In this document: piece after piece, positions 60,209 through 64,000 of the stretch
How the letters are laid out: each line of letters begins with the position of its first letter
Numbering within the stretch: the first letter of the stretch is position 1
Assembly (NCBI GenBank): GCA_023920165.1
Contig: CP089275.1
Span: 496,001 to 560,000 of the forward strand
Origin: Curvularia clavata
Lineage: Eukaryota
DNA length: 64,000 nt
Direction: 5' to 3'
Notes under the pieces: model-generated
Database searches by the model: none
What the model saw: only the letters and a program-made list of their open reading frames with translations
What the model was told of the DNA's origin: nothing
Made by a program: the position numbers and the translations under genes

Positions 60209-62689
60209 CTAGCTGCCATTCATCCAACATGGCCCACCCGATCCAGACTCCTGCACCGCACTCGCATAGTCATATTCATTGCCCAGTCCAAACGGTGTCT
60301 CAAGCATGTCCGGGATATTGGCATCCCACATCATGTCGTCCCAGAAGTTGTTCAGTATAGTAGGGTCGTTTCGCATATTGGACCAAGTCGGGGTTGCAGG
60401 GTTGAAATGGCTGAATGCAGCGGCATGTGGTTGAGTGTAGGCGGCGGCGGCATCGGTGTTGAGCATCGAGGGTGCCTGCGTCCCCGCAACGCCAAAGTGA
60501 GTATGCATCTGGGGATGCCCTTGTTGCTGTTGAGGATATGCCATTCGCAGCGTCTGGGCCTGAGACTGATGAGAGGCTGTCGATGCATAGGTCTTGTATG
60601 CGGCGTATAGTCGTGTAACAACGTCTCCACTGCGCTTGGCGGCAATGCTCCAGTCTTTGACCTGCTCAAAAAAGGCCAGCGCCGTCTCGATGCTGGACTT
60701 CCATTTCTCTGTCTCCTCGGGCATGCTGGCGTCGCTGAAGAGTGATACGAGTGGAACCATACAAGCCTGGAAGCAGAACCATACTGCATTCCAACAGCAT
60801 ATCAGATCGGGCATGCACTCTCGGCTGATGTCTCCAATCGTCTCCAAAGCAATATGTCGACATTTTCTGACAGCAATCTTCTCCTCAGTGCTCAAGGCAG
60901 CCCATGGTGCGCGGCGAAGTGCCGCGGTGAGCAGAAAGGGTCGATGGAGGATGATGCGGAGGTTTTGGAAGCGCCACTTCATAACCAGTCGGGTTCGGCG
61001 CAGGAATTCCGGACACGGCTCGCTGGGGTTGGAGAGGATCAGAGGCAGCTCATCATGCCACTTGACCAACTGGGCATCGTAGCTTGCTGTCTCTGCAGCA
61101 GGGAGGTTCGGGCACTCGACAAGACGGTCCTGTATTCTGGTAGCAATCTGGCAAAACGCAGAGGCGTGAACCAAAGGGAGGATCTTCAGTTGCTCAAGGT
61201 ACTGAGGGCTATTGGGTGGTGGCATCGTCTGTGTCTGAAAAGCAGATTAGTTAGCAAGTACAGATTTTAGAAAGGGGTGATTCTTACAGCATTGGCAGTT
61301 GTCCCAGGTCTCAGGACAGTAATGGAAGGACCCATTCTCCCCAGCGAAGGCCGCCCTGTTGTGGTTGATGCCCAAGAGTCGAGACAGAAAAGACTCCACC
61401 AGATGCGCCTCCTCATCTCAGGAGAAATGGAGTCTTCCTCCCCAAATGCCCCAAACTGTCTGCCCGGATCGCTTCTTTCGGAATATTCACGGTGTAGTCC
61501 TAGTGCCGTGGCCATGCGAAGCGTGGCGCCCATGAGCGAGTGCGCCTCGTTCGGTCGATTTAGATAATGCATGTAATATCCGCCCATAATGGCCAATGCT
61601 TGGAGGACTTCCAGATTGCCGCTTCCAAACGACTCTAGCGATAAATGCCGCCGAGATCGGTTGAAGTAGACATAATGTGCCTCGTTGTCTGCACCAGACG
61701 ATGCAAGTGATCCGAGCGCGAAGACCATGTTCAAAAGTGCCAGCCATGCCGAGTCCTTTCGGTTGCCATACAGAAAGCAAGACCAAAACTTGGCTTCGTC
61801 GATCATGGGAAAGAAGGGGTGTACACGATCAAAGTAGATCTTGATTAGTTTCTGGCCCTCTTCAACAGATGGTAAGGCATCTGGCCGGTTGTCTGTAAGT
61901 TCGGGCTTGGGAGACCCTGCACGGCTGGGGAGTGCAGTCTCCTGTCGGTTGTACGAAATGAGCGATCGGGTCTGGGGATCGCATCGTACAATGACCTTGA
62001 GCGCTGCGGTAATGGAAGAAATTCCGACGTAGGACGAAAGTCGGTCGACTGACATGGACAGACCGTTCACATCGTCGGAAATACCCTGGACTCGAAGCTG
62101 GTGTTTACGTGCCTCGTCCCAGTACGGATCTTCAGGTGGAGCTTGTTCGAGCGCCTCCAGACTTTCAGGCCCGTCAGAAGCAGCTGGAGCGTCAGACAAG
62201 GCCTGTGATTCTGTTGCAGATGTGGTTGCTGCTGATGGTGATGTGATTGGGTTGTTTGCTCCAGACGACAGAGCGAGTTGCAACAGCTCTTCACGTGGAA
62301 GATCAGTCAAAGACTCGAGGTTCTTTACGCCATAGAGCTTGGTCAGGACACTCTTGTACTGTTCAATGTTGTTGGAGAGTTTATCGACCAACCTTTTGGA
62401 TCAATTAGTACAATACATTCAAAAAAAAGGGGGTCTGGCACACTAACTTTCTGCTAGGCACAACTCTCTGTGCAGGTTTTGAATAACCACAAGCTTCTGG
62501 GTGTTGGTACCACTGGCACTGGCCACACGGCTGTAGACCATCGCACCGAATCTTGCGTCTTCTGCATTCGACACAGGCGTTGCTGGTAGAAATCCGACGT
62601 GATCCTGGGGGCCGTGTTGGTTTTCCTGGGCTGTCACTGTCCGCACCAGGCGAGCGAACCCCCACGGACGACTGGAATGTATGAAACAT
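60209..62689 (-). CDS. clr-2: Zn(II)2Cys6 transcription factor with fungal MHR domain, CLR-2/ClrB-like, 3 exons
   Basis: Exons 62689-62448, 62392-61288 and 61234-60209 join in frame. MFHTF start, ACVECRRRKIRCDGLQPCGQC..C cluster followed by QRVVPSRK, DDVNGLS..SYVGISS, and EMRRRIWWSLFCLD..TTGRPS. These resemble N. crassa CLR-2 and Aspergillus ClrB as recalled; orthology is untested. Confidence 0.75.
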
Positions 62690-64000
62690 GCTGGCGACAG
62701 TGTGGAGGGTAGCTTGGCGGGTCGAGTCGCTAAGGGACCACCAGGGCAAGTAAGAGAAGAAGAGGAAGAGCGTGGCAACAGTGCACGCGTCAAGTGGCTG
62801 TCAAGCCAGGAACCAGGAGCCAGGCACCAGGTCGAGGTGTAGGGACAGTCAAATAGTATGTCGCGTCTCTGAATACGAGTTCGGGTAGGCCAAATGATGG
62901 TACGAAGGATGAGTACCAGTCGGTATGCCGAGAAGCAATATAGTTCTTGTGGGACTAGGAGGGCGATGAAGCCGGGGTAGTTGATATACCAGAGACGATG
63001 GGTCAAGCGTATGTGGGTAGCCTTGGAGGGCGCATAGCAAGCTGGGCGTGTGCAAAATTACTACGAGGCACATCCGACGGGGCTCAGGCGTGCACCGTCA
63101 TGATGGAGCGGGATGCGCGTGAGAGTGGATGCAGTTTGCGGCGGGAAGCGGAGCTCATAGGGCCGGAATGATGAAGAGACAGAGCAGCGAGTTGCATGGG
63201 AGCGGTATAATCCCCGCATTATAGCCCATGAACCCTGATAGCCCCCTTGGATCCTTGCGCCCGTGCAGCCAGGGTTTTGTGCTCGTGGAGGAGAAAAAGA
63301 GGCGAACGTTGGACACGGGGCGGACGGGAACGATTGCGTCTGCGCAGCCAAGCGAGATTGCCATGGGACGCGCCACCACCCACGCCTCCACAGGCTTCGA
63401 GAAGGGTTGCAGAAGGAGTGGACAAAGTATTGCGGCTATTGCTATGGGAGGGGTCAACCACTGGACAGGCGATGGACGAGCCCACATACACCAGCACGCT
63501 CATCGTGCCTCTCGAATCATCGACCGCCGTCAGCCATCTCTAGCTCCTACTCTACCTGAACCTCCTCTGGCGGCGACGGCACTACTGCACGTCGTTTCAG
63601 CAAGGTGCGGACCATCCTTCCCGCCACGCTGAAGCAGACGGCGCCCTGGATCGCAGCAGAGAAAGAGGAGCAGGAGGCGACGGCAATGCCCTCGTATCTG
63701 AGAGCCCGAACGGCGATGCTATCGGGGAAAGAGAACTGGTACAGAAAAGAAGAAAAAAAAAGACGTCAGGGGTACCCCCTCCCAAACCGACGCCTCAAAC
63801 GTAATCGCACAGTGTGCCCATCCACACGTCTCGGGATAGCAGCAGCCGATGGATGAGTGGATGAATGGTTCCACCCCAGGTGCCAGGCCACCTCCTCTAG
63901 TTCTCGCTACCGCCGCCTTCTGCCGACATACCATACCAACGGCCGGGTCGAGATCGAGCCTGGGCCGACCAACACACCGTCCGCCGTTCGCCGCTGCCGC

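Overview
Genomic DNA from a filamentous ascomycete: GT-AG introns with CTAAC/CTGAC branch points, a Zn2Cys6 factor, and HET genes. The gene content looks Dothideomycete/Pleosporales-like (inference). About 24 genes can be modelled, many only after splicing ORF fragments. Conserved core genes (sugar/quinate-type MFS transporter, PTH11-like protein, PP2C Ptc6-like phosphatase, importin beta, CDF metal transporter, CLR-2/ClrB-like regulator) alternate with accessory blocks. The 0-16 kb block holds a metallo-beta-lactamase-fold hydrolase, an FAD monooxygenase, a HET gene, two unknown multipass membrane proteins bracketed by a degenerate ~260-bp direct repeat, and an IDI-2-like Cys-rich secreted protein. 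The 48-59 kb block holds an F-box-like gene, an intronless bacterial-type mhpB extradiol dioxygenase (strong horizontal-transfer candidate), and a head-to-head HET pair, one member interrupted by a single TGA at a conserved Trp. Also present are two neighbouring orphans sharing an unnamed Cys/His finger, a stand-alone SesB-like lipase with a hydrophobic C-terminus, and a 953-aa candidate transcription factor. No tRNA, rRNA, CRISPR array or intact transposase was recognised.
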